Positions 12,831 to 26,784 of a stretch of 64,000 bases of DNA are shown in pieces. Positions within the stretch are counted from its first letter, which is position 1. Each line of letters begins with the position of its first letter. Made by a program: the position numbers and the translations under genes. This DNA comes from Cirrosporium novae-zelandiae. Its lineage: Eukaryota. The stretch spans positions 310,001-374,000 of the forward strand of contig JAPETS010000009.1 of assembly GCA_026023565.1 (NCBI GenBank), given 5' to 3'. The notes beneath the pieces were generated by a model that saw nothing but the letters and a program-made list of their open reading frames with translations, ran no database searches and was not told the origin of the DNA.

Positions 12831-13393
12831 CGCGAAGAAAGATACCTCTACCTAGAGATCTTCTCACCAACCACCAAGTTGGAGCAGGGTACATGTCGAC
12901 CTATCATCCTTCCAGCTTGGCAGACCATCCGTAAAAACCCTTTCTTATCACATGAGCTGGCCACATTCCCTACACTAGCAGGGGCATCATATAAGGATCA
13001 TTGTGGGTCAGATGCTGGAACTATTTTCAGGCAGATCCAGGCATCAACCTCGTCAATGCAACACTACGGTAAAGCCTACAGCGCTTTGGAGCTTACTCAA
13101 GTACCTTGGAGCTTACCTTTGAGCTTACGGCAGGTTTATTGTAGACTACTTTGGGTTTATTACAGGCTTTTTCTTAAGCCTACAATTAAATTTTTCTGAT
13201 CAGCCGGGCCAAGCGGCCGGTAGGCCGAGGTGTGCAAAATAGCACAGGCTCCAGAGATGAAAAAATGGGATTGATGTCAAGATATAAATGCTATTCCATG
13301 GCCCACCACATATACACATAAACTCAATCACTCACATACATACCAAAACAAAAAACCAGCAATAAAAACTCAATTCATTCCCAAACCCCCACA

Positions 13394-14335
13394 ATGTCCA
13401 CCCCCACCACCACCAAACCAACAATCGTCTGCGTCGTCGGCGCATGGTTCCTCCCCGCCTCCTTCGACCCCCTCCGCGCCATCCTAGAGGAAAAGTCCTA
13501 CCCCACCGTCGCCGTCGGACACCCCTCCATCGGGGGCACCCCACCCCTCACGGACTTCTCAGCCGACGTATCCAACCTGCGCAACACCCTATCCAAACTA
13601 ATCGAAGAAGAAAACAAGGAGGTGGTCTTGCTGCTACACTCGTACGGCGGGATAGTTGGATCATGCGCTGCCGAGGGGTTCGGAGCCGTGCAGCGTGCGA
13701 GGGAGGGGAAAAAGGGGGGGATCTTGATTGTGGCTTATATGTCTGCCTTTGCGGTTCCGAAGGGGACGAGCACGTTGGATGCACTTGAGGGGGGGAGGTC
13801 TTCGCCGTGGATGAGGTATGAAGTAAGTTTATACAACTCGTAGAATCCCTCCGTTCATATCGTCCTCCTGCTGCTACTAGTAGCAGCACGATCCACGAAA
13901 CCCCAAAAAAAAACTCCCCTTCCCCTTCCCCCCCAACACACCCCCACTAACCCAAACCCCTTCCCATCCCCCCAGGACGACAAAGTCTACATCAACGTCT
14001 CCCTCGAAGCCCTCTCCGACATCCCCCCCGCCGAGCAACAAAAATGGGCCGCCCTAATAAGCTACACCTCGGCCGCCGCTTTCGAAGGAAAAACCACCTA
14101 CGAGCCCTGGCACGACATGCCGTGCATGTACTTGTTCTGTGACGAGGACGAGCATCTAACGCCGCCTGTGCAGGAGGGTATGGCAAAGCTTATGGAAAGT
14201 GGAAGTGGGGGGAGGGGGGTAGCGAAGTATCATATTAAGGGGTGGCATAATTCTTTTTTGAGTTTGCCGGGAGAGGTTGCGGGGGGGGTGGAGGCTGCAG
14301 CTAGGGAGGGAGTGGAGAGGACTGAGAAGTGGTAG
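13394..14335 (+). CDS. Alpha/beta hydrolase (Abhydrolase_6-like), 2 exons
   Basis: GAW oxyanion region, HSYGG nucleophile elbow, C-terminal D and H (DEDEH, GWHNSFLS). Intron 13823-13975 keeps the frame. Confidence 0.9.
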
Positions 14336-14667
14336 GGGGAGGGAGGATGTTGAGTGGAGGATGCTGTATATACCAGATTATGTTCGATTCCCAAGAGCGC
14401 TGGTGATTGGCCACACTGGTATCAGTGTTCTTCTTTGAGTTGAGTTGGGTTGGGTTTAGGTTTGGGGGATGCGTTTCTTGTTCTTCAGATGATGGGTCTT
14501 AGGGGAATAGATTGAGTTCCGTTTGGGGACTTGCTTAGATGGTACATGTACAGTGATTAAAACACCAAAAAGGAATATGCGTCAGTTCGCAAATTTGATG
14601 ATGTCGTAGATAGGTTGTTTCCGTTAACCGGATAGCTGCGGCTGAGAAGAGAGCACCCAACAGCCAC

Positions 14668-15849
14668 CTAATTTTTATTCTGTCCCCGTCCCCGCTTCCG
14701 ATTAACAACCTTCCTCCTCTTATTAAACATCTCCCCAACACCATGAGTACCATCATCCCTAGGCCCATCCTCAACAGCCCTCTTCCGACTCCGTTCCAAC
14801 GCCCCACCGGCCCCCTTCCTCTTCTGGGTCAACCTTTCAATCCGATCCAACCCCTCCCCTAAACCCCTCCACTCCTCACCCCCATAACCACCGCTACCCT
14901 CCTGACCATTCCGTTGCTGCTTGCCCCTCTCCTTCTTGCCCTTGGGCAGCCGCACAAAATTAGTCTCTTCGTAGTCCCGCCGTTCAGCTTCTTCCTTCCG
15001 CTCCTTTAGAGATTTCGAGCGTCTGCCACCGGCCATGATGGTTCCTCCGACGTAGGCCTCGGCGCGGGGAGCGGTGGAGTATTCATCGGCGATGAACTCG
15101 TCTAGGACGGCGGACTTGTTTGGTTTTCGGGAGGCGCGTTCTTCGCGTTTGGTGGTTGTGGGTAGTGCTGTTGGTGTGATTCGGGGGGGTTTGTAGATGC
15201 CATTGTTTGAGGAGGTGGAGGATTGAGCGGCGGGATCAGCAGCGGGACGGCGGAGGGCGGAGGGATTGGGTCGATATTTTAGGTCGTCGGTGTTGGCTGT
15301 GGGGTCATTTTCTTCTCCTTCTTCTCCATCCTCGCTCTGCTCTTCTTCTTCTTCTTCTTCTAAATTCTTATCTAAGTCGAAACTATCTTCCTCCTTCTCA
15401 CTCTTCAATTTAATTGCAGCTCCCGCCTTGGCACTGGCCTCATCCGCCTCCCCAGCAGCCCTAAGAACCTTCTCAATCTGATACCCCAATCGTCGCTCCA
15501 GCGGCCTCACACCTTTCTCTAAATAAACCCTCAATTCAATCAATTTATTCACAGCCTCCAATTCTAGGCCTTGTCCATTTTTCAATGCAGTTTCGTCACC
15601 ACCTCCAGCAGTAGACCGTTGGCGAAGCTTCAAGATTATGAAGAAGACTAGGTTTTGGATATAGGAGATTAGAAGCTCGTTTTTGGTGGAGAATAGGGAG
15701 AGGCCGTCTGTGGTGTTGAGGTGGGTTTGGAGGGAGGTGTCTTCGAGGGAGGAGAGGGCGGATTGGAGGGAGGAGTCGAGGGTCGAGAGAAGTGAGGGGA
15801 GTGAGGATGATGACGATGGTGGTAGCGGTGGGGCTTCGACTGAGGCCAT
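14668..15849 (-). CDS. LCP5: U3 snoRNP / SSU processome protein Lcp5 (neuroguidin; Sas10/Utp3/C1D family)
   Basis: GLSLFSTKNELLISY, LIELRVYLEKGVRPLERRLGYQIEKVL, YRPNP, GIYKPPRI, YEETNFVRLP. Confidence 0.85.
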   Translation of the reverse strand: MASVEAPPLPPSSSSSLPSLLSTLDSSLQSALSSLEDTSLQTHLNTTDGLSLFSTKNELLISYIQNLVFFIILKLRQRSTAGGGDETALKNGQGLELEAVNKLIELRVYLEKGVRPLERRLGYQIEKVLRAAGEADEASAKAGAAIKLKSEKEEDSFDLDKNLEEEEEEEQSEDGEEGEENDPTANTDDLKYRPNPSALRRPAADPAAQSSTSSNNGIYKPPRITPTALPTTTKREERASRKPNKSAVLDEFIADEYSTAPRAEAYVGGTIMAGGRRSKSLKERKEEAERRDYEETNFVRLPKGKKERGKQQRNGQEGSGGYGGEEWRGLGEGLDRIERLTQKRKGAGGALERSRKRAVEDGPRDDGTHGVGEMFNKRRKVVNRKRGRGQNKN

Positions 15850-17322
15850 CGTGATTGGGAAGAGATGTTGATTACCTTGAGGTTTCTGCGGAGCTATATT
15901 TGGGAGCTGGGATTATTTCTGAAGTAATTTTTTTTCGATGTTGCTTGCACTAAGGGCTAAAGGGGAATCTGATTGGAGGGCCGGCGAAGCGATCCCGATT
16001 TGCCGATAACTTCTTTTCAACTTCACGTCAAGAATTCTTCTGCTACAAATTCCAATGTCTCGTTGACTAGATTTCCTTGAGTTCCTTACTATGCTACATA
16101 AAACCCTCCTTCGCATGTACAAATTCTGGATAAGCGATTTTTACATTGAAGATAATGCCAATCATCTGTTAAGGCCAACTATCTAACTATGAGTAAAGAT
16201 TAGTTGCCAGTTCTACTAGAGATATTGCTTTACTGGGATTATGATACACCGCTAAATATGTTATCCTATCTACATTGTACATTTCCTCTTCATCATCCTC
16301 TTCATCATATATCCGAGCGGGGGCATCTGGCTGAAGATATCGCTAGCACTCCTCAATAGCTCAATCGCTACCTTAGAACCTCGATTCTATACTCACAGCT
16401 CGATTTATATGCCCTTTCACCTTGCCGAGTCTATTGGTCAGATTCAAGCCTCATCTTTACTTCATTTCTGGTGTCTCTTACATTCAACTTTACTTCATGC
16501 TCAATCTCTCTTATGACTATACACTCTCGGTGAAAAGAATGGATCAGACTGTGCTACAGTATCAGAGCCACATCTACACCTTGTGGCTGCGCAATTGCCT
16601 AATGTGCTAGCCGAGATATATCTACCACGCACAGAATATCAGACAAACAACCATTCATGTTAGATTGTTCCTTCAATAGACCAACCAGATTGAAGATTTC
16701 GGCACGGTTCGTTTCTTTCGATGGCCGGTCTTTGGTTATTCCAAAATAATAGAAGATCTCGCGACGATGAAAATCTCCGCTGTTTTATTGACAACTACCA
16801 TTTTCACATCGCCAAATACTTGAGCTGCTTTAAAACTGTAGATGAAAAAAATGGCTACATAGGAATATAATGTCTATTTCTTTATTTGTAGCACTTAACC
16901 TACAGCACAATATCATTCACCTCTATTTCAAAGTTCCTTCATACCGTCTCATGCATCGGCCGCAGCAGCTGTTAATCAAATGATTGCCCAAATACCAGAT
17001 CATCAATGATGTCGAAAGCTAGAACAGCAGATCATTAGGCACCATCCAGTATAGCATCTCTTTTTTTTCGTTTCTGGTCGGTAGTATCGTCATCTCCCAA
17101 GGCTACATATCTTCTAGCTTCTCCGTCCATTTGGTCTGACTTGTTCCTTTTCCTACACACCATTCATCTTTACTTCATTTCCAGTCTCTCTCACTACTTC
17201 TCTCACACCCGACCCACATGCACCACTTACCTTAACCTGCTCAATTTTAAAACACAACAGACGCAAATAATTGACAGTTCCTGAGCTGCTTGAGCAACGT
17301 GTCATCCTCGCCAACTGTAGCC

Positions 17323-18214
17323 ATGTCAGGGGACGCTGCAGAACCAGAATTGTGTGCCTCTATCCATTCTCCGAGACAAACGTTAATCATGCTAATCCAG
17401 AAATAGGCTTATTGACGACCAAGTAGTCACCATCATTGTTGGTCCCGAGTCCCTGGGCACCGACCGCCAACGCTATGTTTTACACAAAAAGGTACTCTGC
17501 AGTAAATCCGATTTCTTCAGAGCTGCATTCAGAGGCCCGTCCAAGGAAGCAACTGAAAACAAAATGACTCTTCCAGAAGAATCGCCCAAGGCATTTCGGA
17601 TGTTCGTCTCCTGGCTCTACACAAACTCCGTTCCCGTTTCCTGGTTCTCCAGTGAGTCTGCCTCTGCTGATCATATTAAGTCTGCCACTAAGAGCGATGT
17701 GGAAACCGTGCTGGAGCTCTATCTGATGGGCCAGAAGTGGCTGATCCCCACACTACAAGACAAAGCAATAGACATATTGATAGGCAAGTTCTCGATACGC
17801 CCACTCCTGTTCCTTGACGCAGACATTATCATCATGGTATACTCCTCCACCATGGAGAAGTCCAAGATTCGCAATTTCCTAGTCCAGCTGTTCGTTTACC
17901 TAGCCGACGATAGCGGCAACGACCTGACTAGTCTTCTCTCCATCCACAACGACTTCACCATGAGCGTCGCCACGGTTCTGTACCAGGCTACACGGAACAA
18001 ACTTCGTTTCGAGACACATCCTAGCCAGGATCTCAGATGCCATTATCACGCCCACGACGAGGATTTTGATTGTCCTTATAAGGCTATTTTTGCGGCTGCT
18101 CAGGCTCAGAAAGTTGCCGCTAGCGGTGGGGGTACCGGCCATGCAAAGAATCCCAGGAAAAGGAATGCAGCAGGGAGCAATAGCACTGCTGCAGCCAACA
18201 AGCGTAGTAAATAG
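17323..18214 (+). CDS. BTB/POZ domain protein, 2 exons
   Basis: After intron ~17352-17406: VVTIIVGPE...YVLHKKVLCSKSDFFRAAF..KEATENKMTLPEESPKAFRMFVSWLYT, LYLMGQKWLI..LQD, and C-terminal CHYHAH. Confidence 0.85.
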
Positions 18215-18688
18215 GAGACCTTCATGATTTCAGAAGGTGGGCTGTGGGAGAGGAGGTACTGACTGGCTTGGGGCTAATTGCAATATGATATATCTTCAGG
18301 TGAATATTAATTTCCAATCTCTTCTGGGAAGGCAATCTCTAGGGAAACAATTAGATATCTTCCAATGTCCACGCATTTTTTTTAGTCCTTTAATTTCACT
18401 AACTTATATTCAGACAGACTCATTTTTTTATTTTAGATGCGCTGTGTCACGAACGACATGGGAAACAAAACCCCCCAGAGATCCGAAGAAAAATATATAA
18501 AATCAAAAGATTAATAAAACTCAAAAAAGAAAGACTAACAGATGACAAAAGAATCAAAAACTTATAAATTCATAATTAACCAGACAAAAGCCACCACCTC
18601 CACTCTCTAGCTATCAATTACATAGACCCCCCTATACATAAAATCATCACCCCCCCCCCCTCCCCTTCAGCAAAACCACCTTACCACC

Positions 18689-19393
18689 TTACCCAACAAT
18701 CTCCCGCGCCCCCCTCTGCCGATTCCCCCCAACCACATTCTCCTCAACCCACGTTACGGGCCAAAACAACCACGCAAAAACTACGCACACGGCCGTAGAC
18801 GCAAACTGCAACCCCATCACCACCATACTCCCACCAAAGGGCAGCACAAATTTTATAAACTGAGATACCTCGTAGAGATCATGTTGAGATTTGATGTAGT
18901 ATAACGGCTTGTTTTTGGTCTTGGTTTTGGTTGGAGTAGTGGTGGTAGTGGTGGTGGCATCATCAGTAGTGACAAGCTGAAGACGGGTAGTCAAGGAAAC
19001 GGGGACGACGTAGAATGGGATTATCCAGAGTCGAAAGACTTGATGGAGGGTCACGTATAGGAGGAGGGTTTGTTCATCGAACGCTATATATATATAAAAA
19101 AAATCTCTCAATTAGCCATCTCAATCTCCCCCCCAAAAAATCAAGCACAGAAAAAAAAAAAACTCACCAACACTATCCACCATCACCTCAACCCTCGGAC
19201 TCAAAATCTTATACCACCGATACACACACCACACCAGCCACCTACTTCCCCTGAAACTCCCCGTCCGACAGAACGGATGTGCGAATGAGGCGTCGGGGGT
19301 GTAGTACTTTTCGATTGTGGAACGTTGGGTTGAGGGGGGGGATTGGGTGAGAGAGTGGATTATTGAGGCGATTTCTTGGGTGGGGGATTCCAT
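18689..19393 (-). CDS. Fungal NTF2/SnoaL-like (SigF-like) domain protein, 2 exons
   Basis: MESPTQEIASIIHSLTQ..YYTPDASFAHPFC..YRWYKILSP spliced to AFDEQTLLLYV..YYIKSQHDLY. Confidence 0.75.
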
Positions 19394-20078
19394 GTTTTTT
19401 TTTTGTGTGGGTGTGTGGGTGTGTGGGGATTGGGGGAATGGGGAAAGGAAAGGGGAAGGTTGGGGGATGGGGGATGATGGGGGATTTGTTTTATTTTTTT
19501 TGGTTTTTTTTTCACATGTCATTGTTTGGAGCTTGAAGAGAAGAGAGAGAGCTTTGGGGGTGATGTCATGGATACCTCATTACTGTAGATAGATAGATGG
19601 ATGATTGGGTGAGATAAGATAAGATGGTTCTTTGGATTGGGTTTATTGCTTGGTTGATCAAAGGCGCTTGGTAGTGTAGTTTAATTCCTGAAATTGTGGT
19701 ATGAACTGAACTCAGTGTTAACGGCTACGTCTTGGTGTATGGGAGGTCTATAACTACTATGTAAATATTAGAGAGGATGGTTGAGTGTGGAAAATACTTC
19801 TATTTATTTTGCACGTTATCTTTGAATTCCCCAAGGAAAATGTGATACTAAACATTTGTGTGTACATGTACATTTGATCGCAAAAAACTTTGGAAGATAT
19901 ATCGCCAAGATATATTTCCCTAACCCAATTGTATCTTGTTTCTCGATTTTGTTTTAAAACATCAGCCATGAGATTGTATCAAGTACGGCAATTCACATCA
20001 ACACACTTTTGATAAATGGACCGACACTTTGAAAGAGCTGCCCACGAAGGTATGCGAAGAACTATCCTCCATTCTTAA

Positions 20079-21922
20079 TCATTCGGGATTGTTCAGGATT
20101 TCATATGGGTTCCCAGTGTTAGCGGGATTCTCAACATTTTTATTTGGCGTTTCCTCCATAACTGCTTCGGCGTAGCTCAGACCCTTGCTTCCACGCGTCC
20201 CGTCTCCCTTATTCACTTCGTGGGGTTTTCCTCCACTATTGGATTTCTTTGCCCCGTTAGTTCCACTAGCTTCAGTTTGCTGTTTCTTTTCACCGTTGTG
20301 TTGTCTGACTCCGTTCACCTCGTTAAGTTCATTTCGAACCTGATTCTCCTTCTCTACTACCCTCATCGGCAATGCAGACCCAATGCCGAAAAATACAAAA
20401 AACGCCCATTTCCATCTGAATGGATTAATAACAACACAGAAGATGAACCAGTAAATCAGCTCGGCGTATGTAAAAAAGTCAAAAGCGCCACCTGGGGCAC
20501 GATTCTTGATGAATCTAGTCATCTTTATCCAAGTCTTTGCAAGCCATGGTTGAGGTCTTGCCAAAGGATCCACAAGAAATACCAGAAGTAACCGTGTATA
20601 GATTCCAATGTGGTAATTTCCAACGGTCCCAATGGCATTTACGTAGGTGCAGTTGTTCGCACATATGCTGGGCTCATCAGGGGGAAACACTTGTAAATAC
20701 CAATTAGGTGGAAGATATTCCTTTTGAAAGCAGGTCTCTGGAAGAAAATCAAGAGCTGGGCGGGAATAGCCTGTAGCCATAATAACCATATCTCCTTCTA
20801 CATTTATGGTGTGACCTGGTCCACCCTTCGGAACACCTTGAGCTCGATGGTTAAATCGAATCCTTCAATTATATTAGGATCTGGAGCAGTTGTAGGGTGC
20901 CCAAGGGAAGCTCACCCAGTTTTAGTAAAGCGAAGTATATCACCCCGAAGCCACTCCGCCTTACCAGATCGAATTTGATTAAAAATATCGGAGTTCACCA
21001 TGGGAGTTCCAGTGAAGAGACCTTTTCCGCTCTTCCGGGGAGGTGCCAAATCTCGTAGATCACGATAGAAAAATAAGCGGAGAAGATTTTCAGGAACCCA
21101 TGAAAGGAAAGTCTCCCGGCCAAAAATGTTCATTGCAAATAGCATATCGACAATTGGGTTGCGAGGAATGATCCACTTTTCAGAGCGAGAAAGAACTTTG
21201 GTCTTAGCTGCGCCGGTATTAACAGCGAACTCCAAGCCTTCCACAGCGCTTGCTCCGCCACCGATAATTATAACTGTCTTGTCTTTGGCACTCTTGCCAT
21301 TCAGCTTCGAAGAGTGAAATATTTCACCTTTGTACCTCTCCTCTCCTGGAATATTTGGCATCTTTGGATCACCGCATGTACCGACAGCAGCAATGATGCC
21401 CTCATATCTATCATTATGTGATTGATTGATGATCCAGCTACCCTTATCATCCTTGGTCACAGAGGTTACGCGGGAGTTAAACCTTGTCCGTTCATCCAGG
21501 TGGTAGGCCTCCCAAAGCTTTCTGACCTGTTCAACTATGGCCTGATCAAAACTTTAGCATGAAGTTTGTCATAATTCGCAGGGACTCGAAGTGTTTACCT
21601 CACGCTTTGGATAGTCGGATTTCCAATGCACAGAAGGAAAGAAGCGGTACATAATACTATGAATCTGAAGACCAGAGGTATTGTTGACTTTGCTCCAGAT
21701 ACCACCTAGGTCCTCTGGCGGGCCGGCTTCAAAGATGGTGACATCGAAACCATGACCTACACAGTGAGCGGCGGCCGAAATACCCGTTATTCCAGCTCCG
21801 ATAATAGCAATCCTGGGTCTTCTAAGTTTAGCATGAGGTGGAGGGGCTTGAGGTGAGAATAGACGGTTAAGAACATATTGAAAAAGTATATACAACCAAA
21901 GAATTGGATGAAATCCGGCCAT
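20079..21922 (-). CDS. Flavin-containing monooxygenase-like protein, multi-exon
   Basis: FAD motif IIGAGITG, GGIW, FHSS, NADP motif IIGGGASAVE, MATGY. Confidence 0.85.
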
Positions 21923-22404
21923 TGTGGACTATAGAGAGCTCAATGGTTCTTGTAAGAGATACGATAGGTAGGGAGAATTAAGCAGAACAGGTGAAAGAAT
22001 GGATCTTGAGGAAAGACAAAAAGTGGAGTTCTTGGGGGGAGAGGAAAGGCATTTGAGGATGGGGAGCTTCGCAATTCTATGTTCTCCTCATATCAAGCTT
22101 ATGAAATGGGTGACATCACAACAAAAGGAATTTTGGCATGTGAAGGTACAGTAAGAAGGTATGAAGCCGTTATTACTTGGTAGAGGAACGGTAGATCATC
22201 GGGATCGACGGCCGATGCGGAGCCGAGCTTGAGAAGCTAAATAGGGTAGGCGGCGACCTCTAGCAAGCTCGCCATTCCCCCAAAGTATTTAAGGTACCTA
22301 GGTATTCATCAGCTTAAGTACGTTCACAGTCTTCAATTGTCTATCCCAAGAGAGCTGATACGTATACGAGACATGCACAGTGTTTATTATAAAGATTTGG
22401 TGTG

Positions 22405-24224
22405 ATGGCGACTCCAACCTTATCAAGATTCTTTGGAGAAATTGATGCTATTCTGCAAGCTAAGGATGGTGAAAAGTTATCGCAATACCTCATCCTCGGT
22501 ATGTACAAACCACTACCCCTCTTTTAGAAAACTGTTTCTAATTGAATCTATCAGAACCACCATTACCTGACCTATATCAGCAAATCGTTATCGAATTAAA
22601 GCAGACTTATGCCTCCGAGAAAGATTCAAGCTTAGAAGCAACATGTCAGAAGGCACTTCCGTCCATTGCTGGAGGGGAGGATGTAGGCTCATGGTATCCC
22701 TTCATCGCATTCATGGTTCAGTACCTGCGATTCTTGAAAGATGTCGACCCAGAGCAATTGGTGGACACCCATGAGATGCTCAAATCGGTTTTAAGGTTAG
22801 GAGTCGAGTGCTGTCTCAAGGGAATATACTAACACCAAGAACCTTTGCTAGTCAATGCATTCTCGCACTCAGCGACAATACCTGGGGCATCGTTATCCTA
22901 CCTACCGTCATTTCGCTCTCTCAAACTTTGACGCGGCTAGCGGTTGGATTAGATAAACGACCTGAGTTGATCCAACACCTTGCGAAGAGAGAACCGGGAT
23001 TTGGTTCTGATGAGGCTGGAGAGAAAGTAACTCTCGTGGAGAATTCTGCAAACACAATTCGGCAGGCCTTCAATAAATGTTTGAGCGAAAGAAGTGGCAA
23101 CGCTTCAGGTGTTTCAGTAGATGGGAAACCTGAAGGCAGGAGAATTGGTAATTTCTCTAAAGGATTAATTCTCAGCTCGAGTTGGTTGCCGCTGACCCTA
23201 TAGTATAGGTATCTACGCAACAGCAAACCTCTGCTTGAAGCTTTTCTTCTGCTGCAGGAAGATTCGAAACGCTGAACAGATATTCACAAATATATATCAG
23301 CATTCCCCTCCACTATCCCTTTATCCGGCTGCCCAGCGCGTTACCTATCTTTACTACCTCGGCCGTTATCTCTTCGCAAACAATCATTTCTATCGAGCCC
23401 AGGCAGCACTTCAAGCAGCTTATGATCAATGTCATAGCAGGTGTATAAGGCAACGCCATCTAATATTGATTTATTTAGTGACTTCAAATATTATTCTAGG
23501 CCGCTTCCCATCCACAACTCTACTTCAGCGGGAGGAAGCAAAAGGACTCCCAGAGAAATTTCTCCCCTTGTGTCGAGCAATTTCAAAAGGTGACCTTTTT
23601 ACCTTTCGGTCGCTGCTTGCTCCCGGGTCACCGAGTGCTCTCTGGTTTTTACAAAAGAGGATTCTTTTACAGCTACAAAATCGATGTGAAGTCCTGCTTT
23701 GGCGATCCCTTATTCGGAAGATCTTCTTACTTAATGGGAACCAAGGTGATGATAATGCTTCACCGACGGTTGACTTTCAGGATATATTAGTGCTGTTGAC
23801 GTATTTTGAGACTATGTGGTGGGAGATGCCTGCACACGATGGTGATAACGAAGATTATGAAGATGAGGACGAAGATGATGGCTTTGTTGACCCAGATCTT
23901 GCAGGCATGGTGGAAGATGATGGTCCTGAGATGCCGACCATGATGGAGGTAGAGAGCATTATTTCATCTTTACTTGCACAGGGGTTCCTCCATGGGTTTA
24001 TTGCAAAAGGTCTTTCAAAGTTTGCCATCCGAGGAGCAAAGAATGGACCAGCCCAGCAAGTAGGGTTTCCGAATGTCTGGTTAACGGTCAGTTCTAGAGC
24101 AGATGATGAGGTTCCTGGATGGGTAAAGGATAGGAAATCGAATGGTTCTTCAAACGGCAATGTTGGGGGTGGTATGGTTATCAACTTGAGTGGTGCGAGA
24201 CCTGTTGGAGTTGGCTCCGGATAA
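22405..24224 (+). CDS. PCI-domain protein of the Thp1/Csn12/PCID2 family, multi-exon
   Basis: ATG 22405 (MATPTLSRFF), GIYATANLCLKLFF, QRVTYLYYLGRYLF, C-terminal PCI EVESIISSLLAQGFLHGFI. Confidence 0.8.
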
Positions 24225-24939
24225 AGTACCCAAAGGAATGCTACAATCAGTTTCAGGCGTTAATATCGAATTAGGCAGGGATAATTGTCTTGATTCTTCA
24301 TCGATCCAAGTGACTATTTGATTATGGATTATCAAGGCCATCTCAACATTCCCATGATTAAACTTTGGTAACGAAGGTTCTTATGTCTCGATGCGAGTAA
24401 TGTAGGTAAGAAGTGATAGAATGCAGGACAAACATGCAAGGAGAGAAACAATGAGCGGGCATGTGGGGAGACAGGATTTCCCTGAACACAACCGGCTGTG
24501 GCTCTAAAGTGGTGGAGTCCGACTGGTAAATGTGCAGCTTATGGTAAACCGGTAACGCCAATAGAGCAGTAAACCGATATCTAGCACCGAAACAAAAAAA
24601 AATGTTAGATGTTTTGTTTGTACATAGGTAGGCTCTTCAATCTTAACCTCGAAATTCTAGTGACCACTGAAATCCCGTCTTTTGTGTCACCTTGCATGTC
24701 CTCCTCCCTAATAACTAAATTCTCGCGATTGACTCTTTACCTTTCTCAACTTCAAGTCTCCACGCTCTTTCAAGGAAGGATTGCAATTCCACTCATTCAA
24801 AAGCATACGCTTCAAGTCTTCATATCTTATTCACTATCTCTCTTTGCTTGAGATTTACAAGATTGAGTTCTTGTAGGGACACTCCTTCACATATTCGACA
24901 AAGCTTCTACAAGCGATTTAGCTAAACATTCTTGACATC

Positions 24940-25926
24940 ATGATGTCCACGCTTACCAACTTATTCCTTTTGGCCCTGTTCATTACTCCGGGCTTGACTT
25001 CTAAACATCTCGCGAAGCGAGGTTCATGTGAAGCTGGCTATACCAAATGCTCACCATCGGGAGCGATAACTACGACAGCTCCTGACATTGGAGTCGATCT
25101 ATCTTGGATGTACAATGAACTCGTTTATTCGATCCAAGGCGTCAAGAAGAGAAGTGACCTGGGTTGGGAGTTGCTTGATAGCAGAGCCAATGTAGATCAA
25201 CCATCTGTATGCTGTACGTATTTTTCCTTTATTTGAATTTTATTTTGTGGGGTTAATAACTAACCTTGGCTTGAATAGGTGTGGATGATACTGATTGTCT
25301 TCTTCTCTCCCGAATCGACATGCCATTCTGTTATGTGAGATATCCACGGCTTGAACATGACCGAGTTGAGCTCTGCTGATGTGCTGCAGGACAAGTTTAC
25401 AACGAACTACTATCTTGCTGATGGGTCCTACGGAAGCATTATTACTGGCAATTATAATGTCACGGATGGATCAGTAGCAAATCTCATTACTGGAAACTAC
25501 ACACTTGAAAATGGTGATACTGGCAACATCTATTCCGACAATGTTGCCCAAATGCCTGACACTTCAACCATGGCTATGCCAACGCCGTGGACAAGTTCTG
25601 GGGTTGGAAGCGCCATACCAGTTACTGCACTGGGTGCGGAGATTACATATACCACTACTATTCCAGGAACCACTATCAAGGCAAGCACAGCATCTAAGCA
25701 GACTATCCCAGCCAGCGTAGTATCTGGATCTACAGTTATTCCGGCATCAACGAAGCCAGCCTCTACAATACCAGGTACAACAATCTCACCAATAACAACT
25801 GTGGTTACTACAACAAGAAGTGCTGCAGCAATGGGTACGAATGCAGCGAACTCGTTCAGCTCTGACCCAATTCTGTTAGACTTGAGGGCCCTGATCGTAA
25901 TGGCATTTGCTATTTTCGGTATCTAA
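24940..25926 (+). CDS. Secreted Ser/Thr-rich, probably GPI-anchored cell-wall protein, 3 exons
   Basis: Signal peptide, Cys-containing N-terminus, Thr-rich C-half, hydrophobic C-terminus LIVMAFAIFGI. Confidence 0.7.
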
Positions 25927-26784
25927 GAGCCTTCTCGGACAATGGTATGTTTGTGTTGCAATTGAGTGCGGGAGCATAGATGTACTCTACGACTGATAAT
26001 CAGATTATCAGAGGTTATATGATCAAAGGCGTACTTGGGGGTTTAAACAAAAGATGCGGAGGATGATCTGAGCTTTCACAAGTTTGCACAAAAAAGTAAT
26101 GAGCCTGATGATTTTCTAAGCTATGTTCGGGTGATGTACTCAGTAGATGCACGTGCTTTTGTTGATTGACGGCTGTCTTGTCATAACAAGTATTTTTTAG
26201 CGACAGATAGATGCATAAATTTATGTCAATGAACAAACAATAAGCCTTGGCATGCTTCCTATGGGTCTCGACTCTTGAATATTAGCGCTGGTAGGCTCGA
26301 GGAAGTTACTCGTAGGAAGAGAGAGATATATATATACATGTCACGTACTGTAGATTTAAATCTCTCAAAGATTACAAGGAATAAAAGCCAAGATTTCTTT
26401 GTAGGATATTTGGGAATTTAGTGAGGTGTTTACCTTGTACCTGTGTACTTGTTGTAGTTTCTTAAGTTGTTATACTTTGAGGCTATTATTGCTGAGGCTC
26501 CAAACGTCGGGTGCTAGAAAAAATTGAGCCGATGATACGCATGATAGGCAGTCAATACCCCCGCGCTAATGGTAATCAATGGCAGCCCATCTGCCTTTCT
26601 CAGGCTCCATCTACGAATGGTCCGCCTCTGTCCCGCATTTGTTCTCCATATCTGCATCTCTGCATCCTGAATCGACCTGATTTAATAATACCTGTCCACC
26701 ATTTACATCTACACCCTTCGCCTTGACCTATTCTCATCCAAAAAAAACTTCCGTTATTGTCCAAAAGGACTGAAGCATACCAGC

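Noticed and set aside
13062..13240. CACTACGG plus short GAGCTTA repeats, a possible CACTA terminus
   Set aside because: No matching inverted end or 3-bp TSD was found.
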